IMG/VR virus record: IMGVR_UViG_3300027892_002613 | Span: 1 to 64,000 of that record | From: a virus | Lineage: Duplodnaviria; Caudoviricetes | Length of the DNA stretch: 64,000 bases | Reading direction: 5' to 3' (one strand) | Shown here: in pieces, positions 20,501 to 29,090 of the stretch | How positions within the stretch are numbered: position 1 is the stretch's first letter | Layout: each line of letters opens with the position of its first letter | Notes under the pieces: model-generated | Seen by the model: the letters and a program-made list of their open reading frames with translations, nothing else | Database searches by the model: none | Told to the model about the DNA's origin: nothing | Made by a program: the position numbers and the translations under genes

Positions 20501-23500
20501 TCAGTTCGTATCTATGTTTACCACATATTGTACTTTTGGATTTAAAACATCAGGTGGTGGATTTGCAAACATTTCTAACTCCGTAGTTGACTTTGGTCTG
20601 CAAGGAATTATATCAAAAAGAAATTATAGAGACACATATACAAGTGCATTAGTATTATCAGCGGGTACTTCAAATGTAGCTGGTTTCACTGTAACTATTC
20701 CTGGTAGTGGATACACCACAGCACCGGTTGTTACAATTAGTGGAGGTGGCGGTAGTGGAGCAAGTGGTTCGGCTATTATAACATCAGGACAGGTAGTAGC
20801 ATTAAATTTAGAAAGTAGTGGTAGTGGTTATTCATCCGTACCATCAGTTTCTATTGCATTACCTAGTACACCTGGAGGAGTTGGAGCAACCGCTACTGCA
20901 GTATTAAGTGGTTTGGCTAATATCTTTGTTAGAGTTACCGGTTCATTCCAGGGACAACAAAGAAATATTGACTTCTCTTCTTTGATGAAGTTAAATGGTG
21001 CTGATTACTTAGTAACTGATATTAATACAACTGTAGAACCAGATGAATTCTTCGTTGAAACTTTCCCTGCAGTATTTTCCGTTACCGCAGGAGATAATGC
21101 TAATTTCTTCCAATTATCGAACATATCAACGGGAGGTCTTGTATTAGAATACGTTGGAGCAGGTATTACTTATAATGCTATTCCTGAATATGGTGGAATT
21201 CCAGATTCATCAAAAGAGGTTGTAATGATTGAACCTGGAAAAGTATTCGCTGTAACAATTGATAACAGAGGTAACTTAAAAGTTGGTAGATTCTTTAAAG
21301 TAGACCAATTGACGGGTGCGGTAACAATCGATGCAAATCAGTTCTCACTATCAGGTTTATCATCAATAGGACCTTTCAGAAGAAATGGAGTTCCTGTCGG
21401 TATTGTAATCAATGAGGCATCTGATAACGATACATTATTAAACTCACAGGGTATACCTGGAAGAGATACCGTTCCATCTCAGCAAGCGGTTAAAACTTAT
21501 GTTGATACTAGAACTATTGCAGCAACTGGTACTAATAATCAAGTATTAGCTAAGAGTGGTAGTACTATATACGCAACTGAATTTAGAAATACAATTGATA
21601 CAATTTCAACTAACACATTAAGTGGTTCTAAAATTGTATCCCGTTCATTAGGTAGAGATTTAATTGTAACACATTCATTAACTGCATTAGAGATTTCATC
21701 TTCTACATTTGGTAATGGATTGACAGGTGGTAATGGAACTCCGGTAGAAGTAGTATTTGGTGTATTTGCATCACAATCTACAGATGGAGCTCAATTTACT
21801 GCGTTCTCTCAGAGTGTTAGTGAATCAGTTAGATTCTTATTGGCTACATCTGCGACAACCGGTTCAAACACATTTAAAGGTAATCAAATTGTAAGTGGTA
21901 ATTTGACTGTTAGTGGAAACGTTGATATCAAATTAGATACTAGAATAAGTGGAAACCTATTCATCTTAAATTCTACAAACTTAGGCCCGACAGTTGAGAT
22001 AAGCGGAAACTTATCTGTGACAGGTTCAACTATATTGAGTGGAGGTTTAGATGTATTCAAATTTGCTAACATACAAGCACCTTTCACTGCAAGTGGATTA
22101 AGATATCCAAATAGTGATGCACAAGGTGTAGGTAAAATTTTAAGAAGTGATGGAGCAGGTGGAATCTTTTTTGGTTTCACAGATAGAACTTCGATTGGAA
22201 TTGTAAATATAGGAAATGGTGGACCAATTGCAAAGGGTACTCCATTATATATAAAAGGATTTGATGCGGGAACTGGATTAACAATAGTTGGAGCAGCTTC
22301 ATCATCTCAATTAAATAAAATGCCAGCCGTAGGATTGGCAGCTGATAATTTATTAGAAAGTGGGTCAGGTTCATTAACTGCATTGGGTATCTTAACAAAC
22401 TATGATACAACTGCATTAACATCTGGACAACAATTATACGTTGGACCTAATGGAGGGTTAACAACTGAATTACCTACGGGTTCATTCTATGTACAAAACG
22501 TAGCTGTTGTTGGTAGAATCAATATCAACGATGGTGAATTATTGGTAGAACATCCAGGAACTTTCTACAGATTACCTAACCTTCCACAAGATTGGATATG
22601 GTATGGTAGTAATGGAGGTGCAGCAGTTTCTCAATCATTGACTGGGGCTATTGCTTCGTATCAATTAGCTAGAACTGTTGTAGGTGTTACAAATCAATCG
22701 GATAATTGGTATGAAGGAGCTTTAGTAGTAAGTGGAGGTTTAGGTGTTGCGAAAAACGCTCAAGTATCAGGTAACTTAACTATCTATGGTAACTTTGATG
22801 TAAAGGGTAGTACAACTATTACATCTATTACCGCATCTAACTTAGATATTGCGGAAAATACAATTGCGGTAAGAGAGTTTTCACCAGTAGTTAGATTCGG
22901 TGGATTGATTGTATATGATTCTGGTTCTGTAGTAGGTGGAACTCCTCCAAATAACGTATATGCATCCGGTTCATTATTCTATGATGGTGTAGATAATAAC
23001 TGGGTAATTGCACAAAATGATGGGCGTTCTTCATCTTTAATGATAGGAGGACCTGTTAATGGTGGATTATATGGTAACGAAGAAGGATTACCGATGGGAA
23101 CTATTCCTGTAATTCAATATACTGGTAACAACTTAACATCTTCTACAATGACCGATAACGGAGTTGTAGTAAGAATGACAAATGATTTAGTAGTAACCGG
23201 TTCTATCGGTGGTAGATTGACAGGTTCTATTCAAGGAACATCATTATCAATATTTAACTCATTAAGTGCAACGGGTTCATTTAGTGGAAACGGATTCTTA
23301 ACCGGTTCATTCACAGGTTCATTTACTGGAGCTGCTGATTTGGCATTTGCTATTACCGGTGGAAATGCAGGTGGATTTGATTACTTCAACTATAATGGTA
23401 GTGCATCGGCTACTGTAAAAATTGCAACACAATCTTTACACTTTGAAGAAGGTATTAAGAAAAAAATAAATTACGAACAAGTAATAAGTTCATCTATACA

Positions 23501-26228
23501 AATTAGAGAGTATGGATATGAATTCTCCGGTTCAGTTAACGCATTTACCGCTTCTACTAATTTGGCATTGAGTGGATTAAACTCATACTCTGCTTCATTA
23601 AAACAAGCTATTAATACAAACGGAAACGATTTAATAGTACATGGTACGTTAAGAGTAACCGGTTCTAAAGTATTGTTAGAAGTTGGTGATGTTAAGATAG
23701 TAGATAAATTCATAGAAATCGCAAGTGGTTCGTTGAACTCAGCGGCAGCAGATGGGGCAGGTTTCTATATTAGTGGTGCTGATGCATATGTAACTTGGTC
23801 ACATGGTTCTCAAAGTTTCAATTTCTCAGATACACTTTATTCTGATAACAATATTGAAGTAAGAGGAACTGTTGATGGAACGTTAATTAGAGAATTCGCA
23901 CCTTCACATAATAATTTCTCTTCATCAATAAACGCATATACTGCATCATTAAGAACTGCGGTATCTGAAAGTAATGGTGATTTAATTATATTCAATAACT
24001 TACAAGTTAGAGGTACATTAGGTGAGCTAAGAGTTGATAGATTACAAGTTAAAGATAAGCAGATTGAACTTAATAGTGGTTCAACAACCTCTGCGGCATC
24101 TGATAAAGCAGGTTTATACATAAGTGGTGCGGATGTTAATTTCTATTGGGACCATCCTAATCAGTATATGTACTTAGATAAGAATTTCACTGTAAATGGT
24201 GATTTCAATGCAAGTACAATTAATGGTATTAACTTAGGTGCATTTAGAAATTCAGTTAATCAGGCAACCGGTGCATTAGAAGTTTATTCTTCTTCATTAA
24301 AAAATGCTATAACCGTTGCGGGAACAGGAGTTTCATCTGTAACAACTATACAAGGTGATTTGAATGTATTGGGTACAACAACTCAACTTCAAATTTCAGA
24401 TTTAAAAATTGAAGACCGTTTAATTGAAATCGCTAGTGGTTCAACTACATCGGTTTCTGCAAACGGAGCCGGTTTATTCATAAGTGGTGCTAACGTATTC
24501 TTCTCATGGTCGAATGCTGAAACTAATATGAGATTAGCTAGTGGATTGTTTGTAAACGGAGCAATTACTTCATCTACGATATTAGTAGCTCAAACAGCAT
24601 CATTTAATCATATATCAGCTAGTGGAAACATTAGTGGTGGAGCATTATTTGTAGAAGGTAACACTTCATTGAGAGGTAATGTAACTGCAAGTGGAACGGT
24701 ATCTGCATCTGTATTATTTGTACAAAATGCAACTAACATAAGTGGAGGATTAGAAGTTGTTGGAAACATAAGTGGTAAAGAATACATCTCTGCGAGTAAA
24801 GGTATCACAGGTAGTGGTGTTTGGTCAGCAGGTGAAATTAGAGCATTATCAAATGTTCAATTCGATGGAACTGGATTAGTTGGTGGAAAATTAACCGTAA
24901 CTAATGCGATTTCAGCTAGTAATTCTATATCAGGTGCAGGTATCCAATCAAACGGAAACTTTAGAGCAACGGGTAATTCAATATTAGACGGATTAGCTAC
25001 ATTTAACAATAGTATTTCTGCGAGTGGTGTAATAACTGCAAGTGGATTAAGAATAGAAGGTGAAGGTTTTTATGGTTCTTCATCATTCGTTGGACCAATC
25101 ACAGGTTCTACTGCGTGGTTCTCTGATAATTTAAGAGTAACTGGTTCAATAACCGCTTCTCTTAATATGAGTGCAAGTGGATTCGTAAGTGCTTCGGCTT
25201 CTAATTTTAGAGGTGAAGTAAGTGCAACTCTTCATAAAGGAGATTTACAATTTAATGTTATCGCGGGTAGTGGTATTAGTGGTTCAGTATTCCGTAACCA
25301 AACGGATACTACATTCACTATTGATACACAATCAGTTCATTTCCAATCTGGTTCTCAGCAAGCGGTTGTATCTTATATCAAAGGAGATATTACGATTGCA
25401 AGTGATGGTACTGCAACAATCGCGGGTAACTCAATTACATTAGGAACTGATACGGCTGGAGATTATGTAGCAAGTATTAATCCTGGAAGTGGTTTGACCG
25501 GTGGTGCGACAAGTGGAGAAGGTGTTGCTCATACTTTAGCGGTAGGAGGAGGGGATGGTATATCAGTTGGAGCAGATGTTGTTTCATTGAATACTGGTTC
25601 TACACACTTTACTAATGGAGCTAGAATAACTGTTGCTAACTTTGTTAGTGGTGAGGTATCAATCAATCCATCAACCGGTGTTGCTTCATTAGTTATCCCA
25701 ACATTATCTAGAGCAAGTAACATAACAGGAACTGCCAATCAGATTACTGTAGGAGGCGTAACTGCAACCGGAGCATTTACTGCATCATTATCATTACCTC
25801 AAAACATCCATACTGCGGCTGACTTTAGAGTTGGTTCATTAGGAGTTGGAGTAGCGGCGAGTGCAACAAGTGGTAGAATCGATGCGGCAAATGATATCGT
25901 AGCTTACTCTTCATCGGATAGAAGATTTAAAGAGAACATCAAAAATATACCAAACGCATTGGCTAAGGTATTAAGAATAGGTGGATATGAATTCGATTGG
26001 ATTTCAAACGTTGAATTACATGGACACGAAGGACATGATATCGGAGTTATCGCACAAGAAATTGAGGAGATACTTCCAGAATTAGTTCAAACGAGAGAAA
26101 GTGGATATAAAGCGGTTAAGTATGATAAGTTAGTTGCACTTCTTATCGAAGGTATGAAAGAGCAACAAGTACAAATCGATAACTTAAAATCAGAAGTAGA
26201 AAATTTAAAAAGAGCAAGAGGGTTATAA
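17589..26228 (+). CDS. Giant fibre/spike protein (2879 aa) with a beta-helix region, three CxRD helical repeats and a C-terminal peptidase S74 chaperone
   Basis: IYV...GSD....G.S...AFKSVKAA and IFVETGTYIE.NP...P.GV.IKGD beta-helix motifs; GSGY..AP.V repeats; C-terminal SSDRRFKENI...GYEFDW...GVIAQE...V.Y..LVALLIE. Confidence 0.85.
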   Translation: MKVIGKQNSGVNLVASGTLGISVLGNNEILMSLDRTFISSSLVVSESLFVSGNSQLGINTASTHEITGSFLLSGSSKQIGTSVITGSITVTRDSTFIQDVYISGTLKGPFSSSIEQRVNSLEEQRFILRGDVSANAVLTGSAKSTYTASLNITLNQISASKIIFPEESRRIYVAEYGSDILITPHRGKSPATAFKSVKAAVQSIYSNYQISASQVSGSGNSGSATEASAISQSYATVAEILAGGLGVTPAEVKNGATTLVLVGNVSQSFYDGYGGNSESSSVSSSFATVINILGNGLGVVPALVENGRTPVKLSTNVQITGTGGTNAVSSSISSSFAVITSIINGGLGTAPVVVNNSEVISTDANKLNARTLVLQNKGFIQDETVEYLNAVFPFFDYNSLRCKRDVGLLIDAVLDDLVFGGNQRTVEAGISYYNGNFGAIQFGGSGVANTQKDQTIAAILYASRMAQIISVNGAISAPTNAKSNAKAALLGNKSLIQEEIIYFIEHVYIKGKDQTGTPFTYDRDKCRRDTGYIIDGVATDLILGGNQQSIINGSAYYNGVFGNGAGVINNQLVETVTSLSYGARIAKDAVVGNVVAKLSTNKKNAVSLLEMNKTFLGEQTVGLISSSFPNLIYSSSKCVRDVGLITDCVIVDLIYGGNEQAINAGTSYYTNAYGNAALVPGAQLTETVAGILYAGAIAQKVSKDEFVTNTFAPWFSPFLNYNATIFVETGTYIEDNPIVIPPGVAIKGDTLKQSLLYAKNPKLDYFHVHSADYIDSVRFLDLQRPAYTVAFPSAIIDYTISAGKITNPVVLYSPIGYTASVNIMVEEPDSPPESGSIRAEFTPVISNGKIVSLTYVNSGSGYVSTERPHISIPAPQNQRPFIQASPYVWNSTAITGPFNFNGEKISALVPLPYDLDDLGVDNTGAGGGMRVDGNCCREASPRSPLRSMVAAAFTQVNQGGPGHHVCNTGYAQFVSMFTTYCTFGFKTSGGGFANISNSVVDFGLQGIISKRNYRDTYTSALVLSAGTSNVAGFTVTIPGSGYTTAPVVTISGGGGSGASGSAIITSGQVVALNLESSGSGYSSVPSVSIALPSTPGGVGATATAVLSGLANIFVRVTGSFQGQQRNIDFSSLMKLNGADYLVTDINTTVEPDEFFVETFPAVFSVTAGDNANFFQLSNISTGGLVLEYVGAGITYNAIPEYGGIPDSSKEVVMIEPGKVFAVTIDNRGNLKVGRFFKVDQLTGAVTIDANQFSLSGLSSIGPFRRNGVPVGIVINEASDNDTLLNSQGIPGRDTVPSQQAVKTYVDTRTIAATGTNNQVLAKSGSTIYATEFRNTIDTISTNTLSGSKIVSRSLGRDLIVTHSLTALEISSSTFGNGLTGGNGTPVEVVFGVFASQSTDGAQFTAFSQSVSESVRFLLATSATTGSNTFKGNQIVSGNLTVSGNVDIKLDTRISGNLFILNSTNLGPTVEISGNLSVTGSTILSGGLDVFKFANIQAPFTASGLRYPNSDAQGVGKILRSDGAGGIFFGFTDRTSIGIVNIGNGGPIAKGTPLYIKGFDAGTGLTIVGAASSSQLNKMPAVGLAADNLLESGSGSLTALGILTNYDTTALTSGQQLYVGPNGGLTTELPTGSFYVQNVAVVGRININDGELLVEHPGTFYRLPNLPQDWIWYGSNGGAAVSQSLTGAIASYQLARTVVGVTNQSDNWYEGALVVSGGLGVAKNAQVSGNLTIYGNFDVKGSTTITSITASNLDIAENTIAVREFSPVVRFGGLIVYDSGSVVGGTPPNNVYASGSLFYDGVDNNWVIAQNDGRSSSLMIGGPVNGGLYGNEEGLPMGTIPVIQYTGNNLTSSTMTDNGVVVRMTNDLVVTGSIGGRLTGSIQGTSLSIFNSLSATGSFSGNGFLTGSFTGSFTGAADLAFAITGGNAGGFDYFNYNGSASATVKIATQSLHFEEGIKKKINYEQVISSSIQIREYGYEFSGSVNAFTASTNLALSGLNSYSASLKQAINTNGNDLIVHGTLRVTGSKVLLEVGDVKIVDKFIEIASGSLNSAAADGAGFYISGADAYVTWSHGSQSFNFSDTLYSDNNIEVRGTVDGTLIREFAPSHNNFSSSINAYTASLRTAVSESNGDLIIFNNLQVRGTLGELRVDRLQVKDKQIELNSGSTTSAASDKAGLYISGADVNFYWDHPNQYMYLDKNFTVNGDFNASTINGINLGAFRNSVNQATGALEVYSSSLKNAITVAGTGVSSVTTIQGDLNVLGTTTQLQISDLKIEDRLIEIASGSTTSVSANGAGLFISGANVFFSWSNAETNMRLASGLFVNGAITSSTILVAQTASFNHISASGNISGGALFVEGNTSLRGNVTASGTVSASVLFVQNATNISGGLEVVGNISGKEYISASKGITGSGVWSAGEIRALSNVQFDGTGLVGGKLTVTNAISASNSISGAGIQSNGNFRATGNSILDGLATFNNSISASGVITASGLRIEGEGFYGSSSFVGPITGSTAWFSDNLRVTGSITASLNMSASGFVSASASNFRGEVSATLHKGDLQFNVIAGSGISGSVFRNQTDTTFTIDTQSVHFQSGSQQAVVSYIKGDITIASDGTATIAGNSITLGTDTAGDYVASINPGSGLTGGATSGEGVAHTLAVGGGDGISVGADVVSLNTGSTHFTNGARITVANFVSGEVSINPSTGVASLVIPTLSRASNITGTANQITVGGVTATGAFTASLSLPQNIHTAADFRVGSLGVGVAASATSGRIDAANDIVAYSSSDRRFKENIKNIPNALAKVLRIGGYEFDWISNVELHGHEGHDIGVIAQEIEEILPELVQTRESGYKAVKYDKLVALLIEGMKEQQVQIDNLKSEVENLKRARGL

Positions 26229-26229
26229 G

Positions 26230-27243
26230 ATGTACGATGTTTATTTTACCACAGGAATAGGTAAAATCAGTACGGGAGTAGATATTTGGGTAAACAACTG
26301 GTTGAGTGAGGTAAGTAAAGACTTAAACACTCAGCCAGTTTTACTTATTTATAGAACTAAACCAACTGATTTTAATTTTGATATACCAATCGAACACTAT
26401 TGGTATAACGATGAGAACGGAAATCACAGAGATATTTTTGAAGAAAAGTTTAGAGAGTGTAGGAGAGTTAATATATTACATGCTCACTACACTCCATTGG
26501 AATTAATAGAAGAGAATAGGGATAAAATACATTCCTATATAATCCACAATTGTTTAGATAAAGTTGTAGTAGAAACCGGTATAAGTGATTTACCATTTGG
26601 TTGGACTCCTTATTATTCTCAAAAGTGGGAAACGGAAATACTATCATATGCTAAAAACAAAGTATGGATAGGATTATACGAATTGAAAGGTGAGAAGTTT
26701 GAAGGAGCAGTTAGTATCCCATCTTATTACGAATTCATTCATAATAAAGAATTATCTGATTCAAATTTCATAGGATTTACTGCGAGATGTGAGAGTAGAA
26801 AGAACCCACATTATTTAGACCAATTGGGAGGATTTATGTTTACGAATATAAGAACCTTTCAGAAGACTTGGAAACATACAACTGATATAAACTTTAAAAA
26901 CTTAAAACAAATTCAATATGAAAGCCCATTTGAAGAAATATATTATGGTATGGATTGGGGTATATCTCATTGTGCATTTTCTGCTGAGCCATTTGGGTTC
27001 TCCATATTTCAAAGTTTAGATTGGGGTAAATTACCTATTATATCAAAAGATTGGTGTGAAGATATACCTTATAAGTTTAGAGCTAGTACTAAAGAAGAAT
27101 TTAAAGATATTTATGATAGTATTGGGTATCTCACATATGAAGAGAAAAAAGAAGAGTTTGATAAATTTAAATATTTATTAGCACAACGTTTCAATACAAA
27201 ACAAAGTTGGAGAGAACAATTAACAAACTTATATAATGCCTAG
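26230..27243 (+). CDS. Glycosyltransferase, GT-B fold (GT4-like)
   Basis: GFTAR.E.RKN and EPFGFSIFQSLDWGKLPII (EPFG motif; second Glu of E-x7-E replaced by Gln); N-terminal TGVD.W and ILHAHY. Confidence 0.7.
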   Translation: MYDVYFTTGIGKISTGVDIWVNNWLSEVSKDLNTQPVLLIYRTKPTDFNFDIPIEHYWYNDENGNHRDIFEEKFRECRRVNILHAHYTPLELIEENRDKIHSYIIHNCLDKVVVETGISDLPFGWTPYYSQKWETEILSYAKNKVWIGLYELKGEKFEGAVSIPSYYEFIHNKELSDSNFIGFTARCESRKNPHYLDQLGGFMFTNIRTFQKTWKHTTDINFKNLKQIQYESPFEEIYYGMDWGISHCAFSAEPFGFSIFQSLDWGKLPIISKDWCEDIPYKFRASTKEEFKDIYDSIGYLTYEEKKEEFDKFKYLLAQRFNTKQSWREQLTNLYNA

Positions 27244-28534
27244 AGTTCAGGGAGACAATTTAGAATTATCGAATTTAAAAGCAGCGACAGGTAATACGGC
27301 TACTTCTAACTACTCCATTGCTACTGCGGCAGGTACAACTACCGGTCCAATTGCATTTTCGGATTTCACAATAGATGCGGTAGGTTCAACTATATCAGGA
27401 TTCACATATGTAAAGGAATCAACTGCGGAAACATTTAATATGAACTTTACAAATGCTGGAACTAGATTCCTAAGTAGAGTTGGTTCTCAATATAATAATT
27501 TCACATGGAGTTTATCAGTAGGGGCAGAGTTTACAATTCAATCTCTTCCTCCTTATAACCCAACGGTAACTGCTAATGCTATAGGTAATTCATCTACATT
27601 AGCTGCACCAACGGCTAGAACATTAACCGCAACATTCAGAGACCTTTATAATGACCATGCATCAAGCTATAATGTAGCTATGACAAAAACCATTTACAAT
27701 GTAGATGATTATGCGGGAGCGAGTGGATTATGTTTACATTTAGATGAGATGATTGAGATGTGGGATGGTACATTTAAGAAAGCAGGTGATTTAGTAGAAG
27801 AGGATGTCGTAAAAGCATATTTCCCTCCACATTTTCAACAACAGGATGATTTCAATTTTTATGATTGGGAATATTATACACCAGGAGGAATATTAGTTCC
27901 TGCTTATGTAAAGGATGTTGCATATACATTTGTGGATAGATGGAATATAATACGAACTGATAAAGGTGATGTTAGAGGAAATGGTGAGCATCCTATGATG
28001 ATATTTGATATAAACGAAGAAGTTTATAAGTTCAAACCATTAGGATTGCTTCAACCTGGAGATAGATTAATAAAAGTATTGGGTGAGAACCAAATAGAGG
28101 AAGTAGAGATAATTGCAAATGAAGTTCAATCATCCACATTAGAGGTTGTATCGATAGATGTTGAAGATGTGGATACATACATAGTAAATGGATTTGTTAC
28201 CCACAATAAGGGTGCAAACTCATTAGCGGGGTATTCAATATCAACCAACCCAACTATATCAATTTTGGGAACAATTATTGGTGGAGATGCATATAAAACT
28301 TTAACATTAAGTACGAATTCAGCAGTAGTTTCTCCTGGTTCAACTGCGATTACTGCAAACTTCTCTTATGATATACAGATAGCATCTGATAGTGGATTTA
28401 GTACTATATTAGCAACTTTTACAGCATATAGTTCTAATACATTAAACTATAAGACGGGTTCTACTATTTTTGCGAGGGCTAAAACAAACTTCGCAGGATT
28501 ACAAAGTGGATTTGGTTCAACTGCGACAGGATAA
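27236..28534 (+). CDS. Virion-type protein with an internal Hint (intein-like) domain
   Basis: Hint runs from Cys166 (CLHLDEMI...K.AGDL..ED.V) through block B (GEHPM) to V.SIDVEDVDTYIVNGFVTHN (Asn324), nt 27731-28207. Confidence 0.8.
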   Translation: MPRVQGDNLELSNLKAATGNTATSNYSIATAAGTTTGPIAFSDFTIDAVGSTISGFTYVKESTAETFNMNFTNAGTRFLSRVGSQYNNFTWSLSVGAEFTIQSLPPYNPTVTANAIGNSSTLAAPTARTLTATFRDLYNDHASSYNVAMTKTIYNVDDYAGASGLCLHLDEMIEMWDGTFKKAGDLVEEDVVKAYFPPHFQQQDDFNFYDWEYYTPGGILVPAYVKDVAYTFVDRWNIIRTDKGDVRGNGEHPMMIFDINEEVYKFKPLGLLQPGDRLIKVLGENQIEEVEIIANEVQSSTLEVVSIDVEDVDTYIVNGFVTHNKGANSLAGYSISTNPTISILGTIIGGDAYKTLTLSTNSAVVSPGSTAITANFSYDIQIASDSGFSTILATFTAYSSNTLNYKTGSTIFARAKTNFAGLQSGFGSTATG

Positions 28535-28548
28535 CAAAATAATATAAT

Positions 28549-28734
28549 ATGTTTAAGATAACAAAACAATTAGTAAGTGAAGGAAAGGTAATCGAAAGGA
28601 TTTACGTTTCTAAAGATTATACCTTTGATGGAATTGAACTCTTCGAAACGGAGGTGGAAGCTACCGAAAAAAAGGAAGAATTAGAAAGTTTAGATAATTT
28701 TGGTGCTAAATATAAGGTTACGGAAATATCGTAA
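28549..28734 (+). CDS. Hypothetical protein (61 aa)
   Basis: Fills the operon gap; A-rich leader. Confidence 0.55.
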   Translation: MFKITKQLVSEGKVIERIYVSKDYTFDGIELFETEVEATEKKEELESLDNFGAKYKVTEIS

Positions 28735-28774
28735 TATTTATAGATATATACCATAATTAAAACAAAACAAAAAA

Positions 28775-29026
28775 ATGGAAAACAAATTGTTATCTCAAGA
28801 TGAACTAAATGAAATAGTTCAGTTACGAAATGAATTTGCAAACGTATTTGCAAGTATTGGTTCTATTCAATCGAGAATAAAAGAATTGGAAGAAGAAAAC
28901 GAATCAAACTACATCACCCTTAAAGAAATTCAGAAAAAAGAGGAAGTATTATTCGAAAAACTAAAGAATAATTACGGAGAAGGGAATATAGATTTGATTA
29001 CTGGAGAATTTAAACCAATTCAGTAA
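28775..29026 (+). CDS. Small coiled-coil protein
   Basis: Coiled coil followed by YGEGNIDLITGEF; ATATTTATA motif upstream. Confidence 0.65.
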   Translation: MENKLLSQDELNEIVQLRNEFANVFASIGSIQSRIKELEEENESNYITLKEIQKKEEVLFEKLKNNYGEGNIDLITGEFKPIQ

Positions 29027-29090
29027 TATTTTGGAAGTTTCTTTTGATATTTATATAGAGGAAATCTAAAAATTTTTAAATAAAGATAAC

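Noticed and set aside
2374-25738. Many 60-130 aa minus-strand ORFs within the fibre genes
   Set aside because: They are antisense shadows of Ser/Thr/Gly-rich repetitive coding sequence, fully nested in long + strand genes, with no motifs or expression signals.
27731-28207. Canonical mobile intein
   Set aside because: No homing endonuclease, the +1 residue is Lys, and the host protein is not a conserved enzyme; reported as a Hint domain instead.
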